Assembly: GCA_964539845.1 (NCBI GenBank)
Contig: CAZIKZ010000001.1
Location: 1 to 44,175, forward strand
Length of the DNA: 44,175 nt
Direction of reading: 5' to 3'
Origin: an uncultured Hyphomicrobiales bacterium
Lineage (GTDB): Bacteria > Pseudomonadota > Alphaproteobacteria > Rhizobiales > Xanthobacteraceae
Both the position numbers and the translations under genes were made by a program. Below, piece by piece: positions 9,781-19,202 of the stretch (positions are counted from its first letter, which is position 1; each line of letters begins with the position of its first letter). The notes beneath the pieces are model-generated. The model was given only the letters and a program-made list of their open reading frames with translations. It ran no database searches and was not told the origin of the DNA.

Positions 9781-11148
9781 ATGGCGCTCAGTTCCCGACC
9801 GTTATTGCTGAAGATTTTTCTCGCAGCGCTCACTGTGCGCTGGATCTACGCCCTCACGCTCTATGCGACGATGGGAAACGCGGGACTGATGGCTCCCGAC
9901 TCTGTCGGCTTCTACGCGACCACGCAGGCTTTTGTCGCAAGTCTCGCCAATGGGACCGCGCCGCCCTGGCAATGGGTCAGCGGGCCGGACCTGCAACTGA
10001 TGCCGTTGTTCACATGGCTACTGGCTGCCAACATTCTTTTGTTCGGCAACACCGCAGCCCTCACCTTCGTTTTAATGCAAGGTATCGTCGATGCCGGGAC
10101 ATGTTGTCTCGTCGCCTTGATGGCGTCGCGATTCGACGAACGGATTGCGGTGCCGGCCGCGGTCTTCGCAATCTTCAATCCGACTCAGATCGTGATTGCC
10201 GGTCTGCTGCTTTCCGACACTTTGTTCCTCTTCTTCGTAGCCCTGTTCTTGTATGGTGCACTTCGGTGGCTGCAGCGGCCCGACTGGCAGTCCGCCATAC
10301 TGATCGGCCTTGGCCTTGCCGGCGGCGCCTTGAGCCGCGCTGTACTCACATATTGGATTCCGATCTTTATCGGCTTTCTGTTCCTGTACATGATTGCCCG
10401 ACAACAGGTGAACAAGCGGCACTTTGCTCAACTCGCTGCAATTGCCCTGATCTACGGAATTGGCGCCGGCCCTGTAGTTTTTCGGAACACGCTGCAATTC
10501 GGCTCCTTCTCTGTGACCGCGCAAGGCGGGACACATCTCCTGTACTGGATCGTTCCCCTCGTTGGCGAGGCCAAGGACGGAACGACCTGGGAGAACGGCG
10601 TCAAGGCGATGCAGGAACGCGTTCGGGCGCGGTATGGGGAACTCAACGGCAGCGCGTTCGACAATGCTGCGAAACTTCAGGCGATCGGAGTCGAAGCGTT
10701 ACGCGAGCTCGGGCCGGCGGCAATTATCAAGGCATGGGTCTATGGCGCAGCCATTAATATCGGCTCGCCTGCCATCATCCATGTGCCGCCTGTTGCGCAG
10801 ATGCCGCGTACGGGATTCTACGCGACTGATGGCGGATCATTTCTCAGCAAGGTCACCAACTTTCTCTTTCTTTCCGACTCTGCGTGGTACGCACGCTTGC
10901 TTCTTGTTGGAGTTGCAGGCCTCGCCATCATTCGGGCATTGCAGGCTATCGGCCTAGCCAGCCTGATCTATAAACAGGCCTTCATCGCCGGCCTTTTGCT
11001 GCTAGTACTCTGGGGGCTATACATACTCGCAATCAATGGTCCCGTTGCGTCCCCGAAATATCGGCTCCCGCTTGAGCCACCTCTCAATATTTTGAGTGCG
11101 GCTGGGTATTGCGCACTGCGCACATGGTGGGCGCGCCGCGTGTCCTAA
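9781..11148 (+). CDS. ArnT/PMT (GT39/GT83-like) membrane glycosyltransferase
   Basis: Polytopic membrane protein with an acidic residue in the first loop (APDS), LLSDTLF and a periplasmic loop. Starts immediately after the upstream stop. Confidence 0.7.
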   Translation: MALSSRPLLLKIFLAALTVRWIYALTLYATMGNAGLMAPDSVGFYATTQAFVASLANGTAPPWQWVSGPDLQLMPLFTWLLAANILLFGNTAALTFVLMQGIVDAGTCCLVALMASRFDERIAVPAAVFAIFNPTQIVIAGLLLSDTLFLFFVALFLYGALRWLQRPDWQSAILIGLGLAGGALSRAVLTYWIPIFIGFLFLYMIARQQVNKRHFAQLAAIALIYGIGAGPVVFRNTLQFGSFSVTAQGGTHLLYWIVPLVGEAKDGTTWENGVKAMQERVRARYGELNGSAFDNAAKLQAIGVEALRELGPAAIIKAWVYGAAINIGSPAIIHVPPVAQMPRTGFYATDGGSFLSKVTNFLFLSDSAWYARLLLVGVAGLAIIRALQAIGLASLIYKQAFIAGLLLLVLWGLYILAINGPVASPKYRLPLEPPLNILSAAGYCALRTWWARRVS

Positions 11149-12236
11149 CAATCCTCTGAGTATAGGGCAGCGAACCGGTCTGCCACTCGGTCAAGCGTAA
11201 AATTCTTCTCAATCCGGTCGCGCGCATGGAGACCGCGACGCTTCAATTGTCCCAATGGCAAGGATGCGAGCGCATCCAACTCGCGCGCCAGAGAGACAGG
11301 ATCCCGCAACGGAACTTCCACGCCGACCTCACCGATGATCAAACGCGCATCGCCAATATTGGTCGTAATCGGAACAAGCCCAGCGCTCATTCCCTCGGCA
11401 AGTACATTCGAAAACCCCTCTGCAAAGACCGACGTGGACACGACCACATCGGCCGCCGCATAAAGTCGGTCAACATCGCCTCTCACACCAAAGGCTGTAA
11501 CGTTCGGCGGCGTTTGCAAATTCTCCGTTCCGAGGCCAACGATCAACCCGTGCATCGTCGGCAAAAGCGCCATCGCGTCCAAAAACGTTCGATGGTCCTT
11601 CATGGGATCTACACGCGCGACATGAATGGTAACGACCGCGTCATCCGCAATTCCAAGTTGCCTACGCAAACCGGCGCGAGCAGCCTCATCCGGCCTGAAA
11701 CGGACAGTCTCAATTCCGTTTGGGACGACATAAGCGCGTTTTGGATGATAACCTTTGGCTACGTGAAAGTCCAAGCCTGCCTGGGAATTTGCGAGGATCA
11801 CATCTGCCCAACCTGAAAGCATCGCGCTTAACTGCAATATTCGACGATAACCCGCGTCATCTGTGTTTGACGCACGAATATTCCAGAAGAGCCTTCGATC
11901 CGCGCCGCCCATCAATAGTGAATGGGCCAGAGTAGCAAACAGATCGCCGTGATACATCCAGCCCTGCAGGATCGTCGGGCGAAATTGCTTTGCTATCGCT
12001 CGAAGCCGATAGGTGGCACCGGGCATCCGTGTGAGAGTTTGCAAACCCAACGCGCTAACAGGTATGCCGAGCGCCTCTATCTCTGACGCCTTCGCATCGC
12101 GTCCGCCAACGCTAACAACATGCTGCTCGAAGCCGCGCGCTTGAAGTGCGCCGGCCAGCCGCACCAGCATGGTCTCCGCACCTCCGGTGCCGAGACCGCT
12201 GATAACATGCAGAATGGCACGCCTAGATGGGCTCAA
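11145..12236 (-). CDS. GT4 family glycosyltransferase (WbnK-like)
   Basis: ISGLGTGGAE, QGWMYHGD, ARVDPMKDH and EGFSNVLAE motifs. Confidence 0.9.
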   Translation of the reverse strand: MSPSRRAILHVISGLGTGGAETMLVRLAGALQARGFEQHVVSVGGRDAKASEIEALGIPVSALGLQTLTRMPGATYRLRAIAKQFRPTILQGWMYHGDLFATLAHSLLMGGADRRLFWNIRASNTDDAGYRRILQLSAMLSGWADVILANSQAGLDFHVAKGYHPKRAYVVPNGIETVRFRPDEAARAGLRRQLGIADDAVVTIHVARVDPMKDHRTFLDAMALLPTMHGLIVGLGTENLQTPPNVTAFGVRGDVDRLYAAADVVVSTSVFAEGFSNVLAEGMSAGLVPITTNIGDARLIIGEVGVEVPLRDPVSLARELDALASLPLGQLKRRGLHARDRIEKNFTLDRVADRFAALYSEDC

Positions 12237-13372
12237 CGTGCTACCGTCCTGCCGGACATACGACGCGTTTGAACGACATCCCCAAGCATTATTGCGTATT
12301 CGCGTGCAACCTGATCGGATTCATAACGATGCGCCACGAGCGCACCCGCGCTGGCCAACTCGCGAGAAAAGGAGTTATCTGAAAGCACTCGGCCAATTGC
12401 GCTCGCCAAACTTTCCGCGTCCTCGGGCTTCACAAGAAGGCCTGTCTTCCCATCACGAATGATATCCGCCGGACCGTAAGGACAGTCTGTCGCGACAACC
12501 GGAAGACCTGCGGCCATCGCTTCCACGATAACATGCCCGAAACCTTCCCAACGGGACGACAACACGAAAAGATCGGCGTGGGCCAAATACGGCGCTGTAT
12601 CGCTGACAAAGCCCGGCAGATGGACCCTCGACGCAATCCCCAACTCTTCAGCTAATGAAGCCAAGACAGCGCGCTCCGACCCCTCCCCCAACAACGTCAC
12701 ATGAACATCGGGGAGCCGAAGTGCGACCGCGCGCAACAACACGTCAAATCCCTTCTGTTTGTGAAGCCTTCCGATTGCGAGGATATGAGCGTGACCCGCT
12801 ACAAATTCGATAGGTGGAGATTTGAAACGTGCGGCCTCCACACCCCGTCTGATCGAACCGACAAAAACGGGGTTGGGGATCGTGACTGTCTTGCGCTCAT
12901 CAAGATGCATATCCACGACAAGTTCGCGCCGAACTCCTTCAGAGAGCGCCACGATGCAGTCAGCGCGGCGATAGGCGATCTTTGCCAGCGTCTTCCGCAA
13001 CGCACCCAACTCGGTTCTGGCGCTCTGACTGTTCGTCTCGCGTAGCACCAGTGCGGCATCGCTGCGAACCATCGCACGCGACATAAATGCCATGACGTTT
13101 GCATCCATCATCGTCGAAAGAACGACATCGGGACGGATACGATAAATCAGACGCGCGAGAGGTACCGCTGTCTTGAAAAGACGGCTGGCCCCCAGATCAT
13201 GGAATTCAATCTCGGGAGCGATCCATTCCCTCGCCTCGCCTCTCGCCGTACCGACCGCAAGCGTGAGATCAACCAGATCACGCGGCATTGCAGTGGCAAG
13301 GTTCACCATGGTCCGTTGTGCTCCGCCACCGCCGAGGTCCGGCAGGAAGAAGAGGGCGGAGAGTGGAGACAT
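12233..13372 (-). CDS. GT4 family glycosyltransferase (WabH/PglJ-like)
   Basis: GGGAQR, GRLHKQKGFD, WEGFGHVIVEAMA and DCPYGP motifs. Confidence 0.9.
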   Translation of the reverse strand: MSPLSALFFLPDLGGGGAQRTMVNLATAMPRDLVDLTLAVGTARGEAREWIAPEIEFHDLGASRLFKTAVPLARLIYRIRPDVVLSTMMDANVMAFMSRAMVRSDAALVLRETNSQSARTELGALRKTLAKIAYRRADCIVALSEGVRRELVVDMHLDERKTVTIPNPVFVGSIRRGVEAARFKSPPIEFVAGHAHILAIGRLHKQKGFDVLLRAVALRLPDVHVTLLGEGSERAVLASLAEELGIASRVHLPGFVSDTAPYLAHADLFVLSSRWEGFGHVIVEAMAAGLPVVATDCPYGPADIIRDGKTGLLVKPEDAESLASAIGRVLSDNSFSRELASAGALVAHRYESDQVAREYAIMLGDVVQTRRMSGRTVAR

Positions 13373-13478
13373 GCTTACCGTCGCGCCGCGATACTGAGTT
13401 CAGGCGATCCTTCGCACTCAATAATTAAGCAAGAATCGAACCGCACGGTCGTACCTAGCGGCTTTTTCCAAGGCAGCA

Positions 13479-15530
13479 TTAATGTGCTCTGATACGGAAG
13501 ATTGGGCGGATGACATTATCGCCGAGGATCTGCTGAACCCTTCGGTCCTCTAAAGCTGACTTCACTGCAAAACATGCATGCTGATAAGCCCGCCCGACAA
13601 GATCGAAGTCCGCTTCACTATGGGCAAAGCAAACGTTGTGGCTAGCGTTTATGAGGACACCGGCCGCGATCATTTCGCGGAGAAATAGTGTCTTGATCTC
13701 GTCACGCGTCGCTGAGTGGTGCTCTTTGAAATTTAATATTGCCCACGGAGCAGCCCCGATGATCTCGATGTGCTCGGATAATCCAGCCCTCGATATCTCC
13801 CTATTAGCGGCCATCATGAGCGACCGGCCTCTTTCCCAAAGTTGAGAGATAACATTTTCACTCTTGATTTTATCGATCGTGGCAATCGCGGCTGCGAGCG
13901 AAAGAGTCTCTCCACCGAACGTCGCAGAAAAAAAGATGTCGTTCATCTTCTGCATAATTTCGGCACACCCGACCACTGCCGAAATAGGCATCCCGTTGCC
14001 CAACGCTTTTCCGAAGCACGCCAGATCCGGAACCACGCCGTAATAGGATTGCGCCCCCCCAAGCGACCAACGAAATCCGGTGATCATTTCGTCAAAAATC
14101 AACAATGCGCCATTCTTGTGCGTCATTTCCTTTAGCGCACGCAGATAGCCCTCCGGAGGCTCGCGAGCACCGGCTGGCTCAAGAATAACAGCTGCGACGC
14201 GATCTTTGTGACTCTCAAAAAGCGTCGCTACCGCCTCCAGGTCTCCGAATGGAGCCGTGTGAGACAAATCGGAGACGGCTCGCGGAACGCCGAGATTGCG
14301 CGATGTCGCACCAATAAACCAATCCTGCCAGCCGTGGTAGCCGAGCATTATTAGATGGTCGCGCCCCGTTGCAGCCCTAGCGAGGCGCACGGCAGCCGAA
14401 GTTGCATCGGTGCCGTTCTTGCCGAACCGTACCATTTCAGCACACGGTACATATTGGCGAAAGCGTTCGGCGAGTTCAGTTTCCAGCAGCGTTGGCAAAC
14501 TGAAGCTTATTCCGGAGTTCAGTTGCCGACGAATAGCCGCGTCAACATCTGGATCGCGATATCCGAGAACATTCGGAAGCAAGGCGTTGACCAAGTCAAC
14601 ATACTCATTGCCGTCAATGTCGTATACTCGACCCCCATGTCCGTGGGTTAGGAATAACGGCGCAGCCTGTGGCGGAAGTTGCAGTCGACTCTTCGAAAAT
14701 GTCTGCGTCCCAAGCGGAATAACACTTTCAGCCCGCGTCAGAGCCTTAAGTGAGGCGCCATAACTACGCTGCAGATCGAGAGGCTCCGCCATCAGACTCT
14801 TGGCAAAACCTGCGTTTCGTTTTTCGCTTGCATTCAGACATTTTATTTCGCTGCTATCGTCCAAGATGGACAATACCTGCAGAAAACTCGGAACGCGATC
14901 TCGATCCAACCTCTTGGCAACGGCAGATAAAAATTCGTAATCTCCCGGAGTGTCGAGCGTCCAACGATGCATAGAAAGCCCGGGCAATGGGGCCACGAGA
15001 TTTTCGGCACGAAAGCGTCCACGATTATTCCTAATGAAAGGAGTAACATGTTCGCGGTCGCTCGCGCGGACTGCATGATTCGCAGCAACAAATAGCGCGC
15101 CGGAGGTGAACACTTCGCAATCGACGCCATCTGGCCAAGTTGGAGGATCGACGTTACTCGCGTAGTCACAATTCGAAATTGCACGCAGACGTATCACTTG
15201 TCCGATAACGGACGGATCATGCAAGGGACAATCCGCCGTCAAACGCACAACGACATCTGCTTTCAAGGCCCTGGCAGCACCCGCAAAGCGGTCAAGCACG
15301 TCAGTTTCAGAGCCACGAAAGACGTGAACTCCTTTTTGCACACACCACTCAACAATCGCATCGTCGCTGGTAGAAATTGACGTCGCGACGCAAATTTCGT
15401 CGACCCCAACTGTCGCACGGGCGGCACGCACAATCCATTCGAGCACGGGAACCCCGTTAAGATCGAGCAAAACCTTCCCGGGGAGACGGCTCGACCCCAT
15501 GCGAGCCTGTATAATTGCTACTGATTTCAT
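13479..15530 (-). CDS. Fusion of SpsF-like cytidylyltransferase and class III (glutamate-1-semialdehyde-type) PLP aminotransferase
   Basis: N-terminal IQARMGSSRLPGKVL, RGSETDVLDRF, VRLTADCP, REHVT, WTLDT. C-terminal GTQTFSKS, RFGKNGTDATS, LIFDEMITGFR, PDLACFGKALGNG (PLP Lys). One continuous 683-aa ORF. Confidence 0.9.
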   Translation of the reverse strand: MKSVAIIQARMGSSRLPGKVLLDLNGVPVLEWIVRAARATVGVDEICVATSISTSDDAIVEWCVQKGVHVFRGSETDVLDRFAGAARALKADVVVRLTADCPLHDPSVIGQVIRLRAISNCDYASNVDPPTWPDGVDCEVFTSGALFVAANHAVRASDREHVTPFIRNNRGRFRAENLVAPLPGLSMHRWTLDTPGDYEFLSAVAKRLDRDRVPSFLQVLSILDDSSEIKCLNASEKRNAGFAKSLMAEPLDLQRSYGASLKALTRAESVIPLGTQTFSKSRLQLPPQAAPLFLTHGHGGRVYDIDGNEYVDLVNALLPNVLGYRDPDVDAAIRRQLNSGISFSLPTLLETELAERFRQYVPCAEMVRFGKNGTDATSAAVRLARAATGRDHLIMLGYHGWQDWFIGATSRNLGVPRAVSDLSHTAPFGDLEAVATLFESHKDRVAAVILEPAGAREPPEGYLRALKEMTHKNGALLIFDEMITGFRWSLGGAQSYYGVVPDLACFGKALGNGMPISAVVGCAEIMQKMNDIFFSATFGGETLSLAAAIATIDKIKSENVISQLWERGRSLMMAANREISRAGLSEHIEIIGAAPWAILNFKEHHSATRDEIKTLFLREMIAAGVLINASHNVCFAHSEADFDLVGRAYQHACFAVKSALEDRRVQQILGDNVIRPIFRIRAH

Positions 15531-15558
15531 GACGTACTTAAATGCACCCTCTGCGACC

Positions 15559-16611
15559 TTACAGAGAGATCAAGTCCCATCTGAGCGCCGTTCCTCTCGG
15601 AATATCATGAACCGCGCGCTGTCCAATAACCTTTTCAAAAAATTTCGGGGCAAGCCCGAATCCCGGTCGAATTATGCGCGTGTTCCGCTTTGTCAAAGTC
15701 TCGCCAGCCGCAACATTCTCGGTGACATAGATCGAACGGCGAAATGCCTTGTTGCCCAACTCCGCCGCGGAACGCTCAGCGCTTCCGGAACCTAGCGCTT
15801 CATGCGCGATTTTTGTCCCGGAAACCAGCGCTCTCAATTCAGAAGGTTCGATAGAGAAAACCGAGTCCGGCCCGCCGTCCGCGCGGCGCAATGTGAAATG
15901 CTTCTCGATCAAGCATGCACCCAAGCCGGTCGCGGCCACCGCCACATCAATTCCGAGCGTATGATCAGACAAACCTATCGGGAAACCAAATAGTGATCCC
16001 AATCGAGCAATGCGCATCAAATTGGCCTCGCCTGCAGGGGCCGGATAAGCGCTGACGCAGTGTAGCAGCACGAGATCTGTGCCCCCAGCTGAACGAAACG
16101 CCTCAACGGCCTCACCAATTTCATCTTCAGAACTCATGCCGGTGGAAATAATCGTCGGCTTCCCTGTGCGTGCAACCGTACGGATGAGCGGCAGATCGAC
16201 AATCTCAAAAGAAGCGATTTTATAAGCAGGAACTTCCAACTTCTCGAGAAAATCGACAGCTGAGTCATCAAACGGTGTTGAAAAGATAGTCAAACTAAGC
16301 GAGCGTGCTCTTTCGAATAATTTTGGATGCCAATCCCACGGTGTGTGAGCCTCATCATAGAGTTCATATAGTTGTCGACCGTCCCACAACCCTCCTTCAA
16401 TGACAAAACCGGGGCCATCGTGGTCAATTGTGATCGTGTCTGCTGTATATGTCTGAAGCTTAATCGCATCCGCACCTGACTTTTTCGCAGCGTCAATTAC
16501 TGCAAGCGCGTGGTCCAAACTACCAGCGTGATTGGCGGATAACTCGGCGACAATATAAGGTCTATCGGCCCCTGAAATCCTGCGCCCTGCAATTGTGACG
16601 TGTGGTACCAT
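15559..16611 (-). CDS. pseI: Pseudaminic acid synthase (NeuB family, with SAF domain)
   Basis: AELSANHAG, KLQTYTADTIT, AHTPWDWH, YKIASFE, LHCVSAYP, GLSDHT, IEKHFTL.RADGGPDS.FS and IRPG.GL motifs. Confidence 0.93.
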   Translation of the reverse strand: MVPHVTIAGRRISGADRPYIVAELSANHAGSLDHALAVIDAAKKSGADAIKLQTYTADTITIDHDGPGFVIEGGLWDGRQLYELYDEAHTPWDWHPKLFERARSLSLTIFSTPFDDSAVDFLEKLEVPAYKIASFEIVDLPLIRTVARTGKPTIISTGMSSEDEIGEAVEAFRSAGGTDLVLLHCVSAYPAPAGEANLMRIARLGSLFGFPIGLSDHTLGIDVAVAATGLGACLIEKHFTLRRADGGPDSVFSIEPSELRALVSGTKIAHEALGSGSAERSAAELGNKAFRRSIYVTENVAAGETLTKRNTRIIRPGFGLAPKFFEKVIGQRAVHDIPRGTALRWDLISL

Positions 16612-16615
16612 AGCT

Positions 16616-17296
16616 CTACCCCTTCGCGGATTTTTGACCGCCGCCCTTTACGCGCAACGGACGGGCAGGAATACCACCGACCATCAGGCCGTCCGGCACA
16701 TCGGCCACCACCATCGCGCCCATCGCGATCACCACATTTGCACCTACGGATATCCGCTCTCTGATCACTGCGTTTGCGCCTATGTATGCGCAGCTGCCGA
16801 TCCGAACCTCTGCAGCCACGACTGCACCACCGGCAACCGTCGAATAGTCGCCAATAAAAGCACCATAACTGATTGTGGCTAGCGGCAACGTCTTTACGTG
16901 TATCCCGATTGCCGATTCCGCCATCACAACGCACTTCTGACAGACGACCGATCCGGCAGCGATTGTTGCGGAGGACGAAATATAAGCGGATGGATGTACG
17001 ATCGATATAAAGCGATCCAATTCGATTCCCGTCCTATTAATCAATTCAGGCTTGGCCTTGGCAGTATTGGTGCTTCCAATCGCATTGATAAAATACACGT
17101 CTCGAAGATTCGATGCTTCGCGCAAGGTGCCCAGTACCGGCAAGCCATAATAAGATTGACCTTGACGGGATGGAGTATCATCGAGAAGCCCCACTGGACG
17201 GAACAACTCCGAGCCACTTTCGCGGTTTACGTCATGCATCATATCCACAAGGTTAGACGCATATCCGCCGACACCGATAATGACCACAGGCTTCAT
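16616..17296 (-). CDS. NeuD/PglD-type hexapeptide-repeat sugar O/N-acetyltransferase
   Basis: IIGVGGYA N-terminus, IVHPSA, hexapeptide repeats and a C-terminal VVADVP...GIPAR. Confidence 0.85.
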   Translation of the reverse strand: MKPVVIIGVGGYASNLVDMMHDVNRESGSELFRPVGLLDDTPSRQGQSYYGLPVLGTLREASNLRDVYFINAIGSTNTAKAKPELINRTGIELDRFISIVHPSAYISSSATIAAGSVVCQKCVVMAESAIGIHVKTLPLATISYGAFIGDYSTVAGGAVVAAEVRIGSCAYIGANAVIRERISVGANVVIAMGAMVVADVPDGLMVGGIPARPLRVKGGGQKSAKG

Positions 17297-18168
17297 AGAT
17301 GCCTGCTCCCGGTCGAACGACGCGCTCGAAGCAATGCGTCGACGACATCTTCGCAGGACGGCAACCGGCGGCCAAGAAACGTTTCCGCGCGACTGACGTC
17401 TAGGCCAAGACTTTCCGCGCGCGGAACCCGCAACGTACGAACGGATGATTTTTGGAACTCGCGTTCCGGCTTGCCTAGTTTGTCAGCAAGCACACGGAGG
17501 AACCTTTCTTTACTAACAACGTCCCGCGAGGCCACATTGAGCACACCTGCAACACTGCTAGAGACCAGGTCGAGCAGGGCCTGAGCGAGCGAACCCGCAT
17601 CTATTGTACTGGTAAAAAAGTCCGAAAAAGCGCCGATCGGCCCTTCTTCCTCGATGCTCTCGACGGCCCATTCGATAAATGTTTTGCGGTGCGACCACCC
17701 TCGCCAACCAGTAACATTCGTCCGGACGACCAGCCCAGTGTTAAACGCCTGAGCAAATGCCTCTCCGGCGAATTTGGTGGCCGCGTATTCGTTCAACAAC
17801 GATACACGAGCGCATTCGTCATGCTTGAGTTCGGCATCGCCAGTAAAATAATGATCCGTCGAAACGTGGATGAGACGCGACCCGAGTTCCGAGCATGCAC
17901 GAGCAATGACCAATACAGCGCGTGCGTTTACCAGATATGCTTCGCTCGGACTGTTCTCACAATAATCCAGATCAACGATAGCTGCGCAGTTGATTACGGC
18001 GCTCGGGCGATGCTGGCGGATGAACGCAACTGTTGCGGAGCCATCGGAAATATCAAGAGGATGAAGCACTTTCGACCTTGCTACGGGGAGAACTTTCAGC
18101 CCGCGCATCTCAGCCTGGCGGACGACTGCCTGACCTAATGTCCCCGTTGCTCCCAACACCAATATCAC
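17293..18168 (-). CDS. RmlD-like NDP-4-keto-6-deoxysugar reductase (SDR)
   Basis: LGATGTLG, NCAA...D.CE, HVSTD and YAATK motifs. Confidence 0.85.
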   Translation of the reverse strand: MILVLGATGTLGQAVVRQAEMRGLKVLPVARSKVLHPLDISDGSATVAFIRQHRPSAVINCAAIVDLDYCENSPSEAYLVNARAVLVIARACSELGSRLIHVSTDHYFTGDAELKHDECARVSLLNEYAATKFAGEAFAQAFNTGLVVRTNVTGWRGWSHRKTFIEWAVESIEEEGPIGAFSDFFTSTIDAGSLAQALLDLVSSSVAGVLNVASRDVVSKERFLRVLADKLGKPEREFQKSSVRTLRVPRAESLGLDVSRAETFLGRRLPSCEDVVDALLRARRSTGSRHL

Positions 18169-19202
18169 TGCAATTCACCAAGCGCCGCAGCCACACGCGC
18201 TGCGCCTTGTCCGTCGATCAGTGCGGCAGCCGAAAGTGCCATGTCTACCCGCAGGCGAGCATCTTGAAGAAGTCGATTAAACGAGGACGGAAACACCTCG
18301 CCCATATCGTCAGCAGTGCCACCATCGAGGGCCGCGCGTCCCTCGGTCATCATCCTTCGAATTCCACCCTGGTTCTCGGCCGCAAGAACAATGACGGACG
18401 GCAGGCCAAGGACGGCGCGCTCGAAAGCAGTCGCCCCCCCTGTTCCGACAGCGATATCAGACTGAGTCATCAGATGAGCCATATCCTCTACGTCCTTCGC
18501 CACAACGCAATTTCGCGCGGCGCAACGCTCGACCTCTTCAAGGAACGGCGCTGAAGACGATATCGCGACGACGATTTTCACATCTTCTGAAACCGCGTCG
18601 AGACACCTTAAAACGCCAGGAGTAAGATTTGTCGGATCGGTCGCCCCCATCGACACCAGAATATTGCACACCCGGCGTCCGTCGCGTCGCGCCAAAGCCA
18701 GCGCCCGAAGGTCAAGAAATTGACTCCTTACAATCGCGAAGGGGCTTCCAGCCAATATTATACATCCTCGAGGGACACGCGCTCGATAGGTCCGCTCATT
18801 CGCACATGCCGCATCGATTATGGCGTCGCAATCATGCGGCCGGATGGCTCCGTCGTCGAACACAGCAACGCGGCTTGTCCAGGCCCGACACCCCGCCTCA
18901 TATTCAAAGCCGTAGGCATAGCTGTCTATGACGGCGAGATCGACGGGACGATCCAATTCGCCGAAAGCCGCAGCAGGTTCAGCGAGCTTAGACTCATCAA
19001 TGATTACGATTTTCTTTGCGGCATCACTGAATCGAATACCGCACTCCAGAGTTGTGGCCCGCACCGCCAAGGTGACATCCCAACCCGCCGCCACCATGGC
19101 ATCTGCCAATGCCATCGACCGAGACGCGTGCCCACTACCAATCTCCGGCGAAGCATCAAACCTGAAAAGTGCCCGGCGCACTATGACAAGCTTTTCGGCC
19201 AT
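18165..19202 (-). CDS. pseG: UDP-sugar hydrolase of the PseG/SpsG family
   Basis: FRFDAS..IGSGH..R, IDSY, SMGATDP, GGATAFER...GLP, AENQ and IDGQGA.RV motifs. No fused PseH GNAT domain. Confidence 0.85.
   Translation of the reverse strand: MAEKLVIVRRALFRFDASPEIGSGHASRSMALADAMVAAGWDVTLAVRATTLECGIRFSDAAKKIVIIDESKLAEPAAAFGELDRPVDLAVIDSYAYGFEYEAGCRAWTSRVAVFDDGAIRPHDCDAIIDAACANERTYRARVPRGCIILAGSPFAIVRSQFLDLRALALARRDGRRVCNILVSMGATDPTNLTPGVLRCLDAVSEDVKIVVAISSSAPFLEEVERCAARNCVVAKDVEDMAHLMTQSDIAVGTGGATAFERAVLGLPSVIVLAAENQGGIRRMMTEGRAALDGGTADDMGEVFPSSFNRLLQDARLRVDMALSAAALIDGQGAARVAAALGELQ

Noticed and set aside
13479..14780. Aminotransferase domain as hemL (tetrapyrrole synthesis)
   Set aside because: It is fused to a cytidylyltransferase within a pse cluster, and Alphaproteobacteria generally make ALA through ALA synthase.
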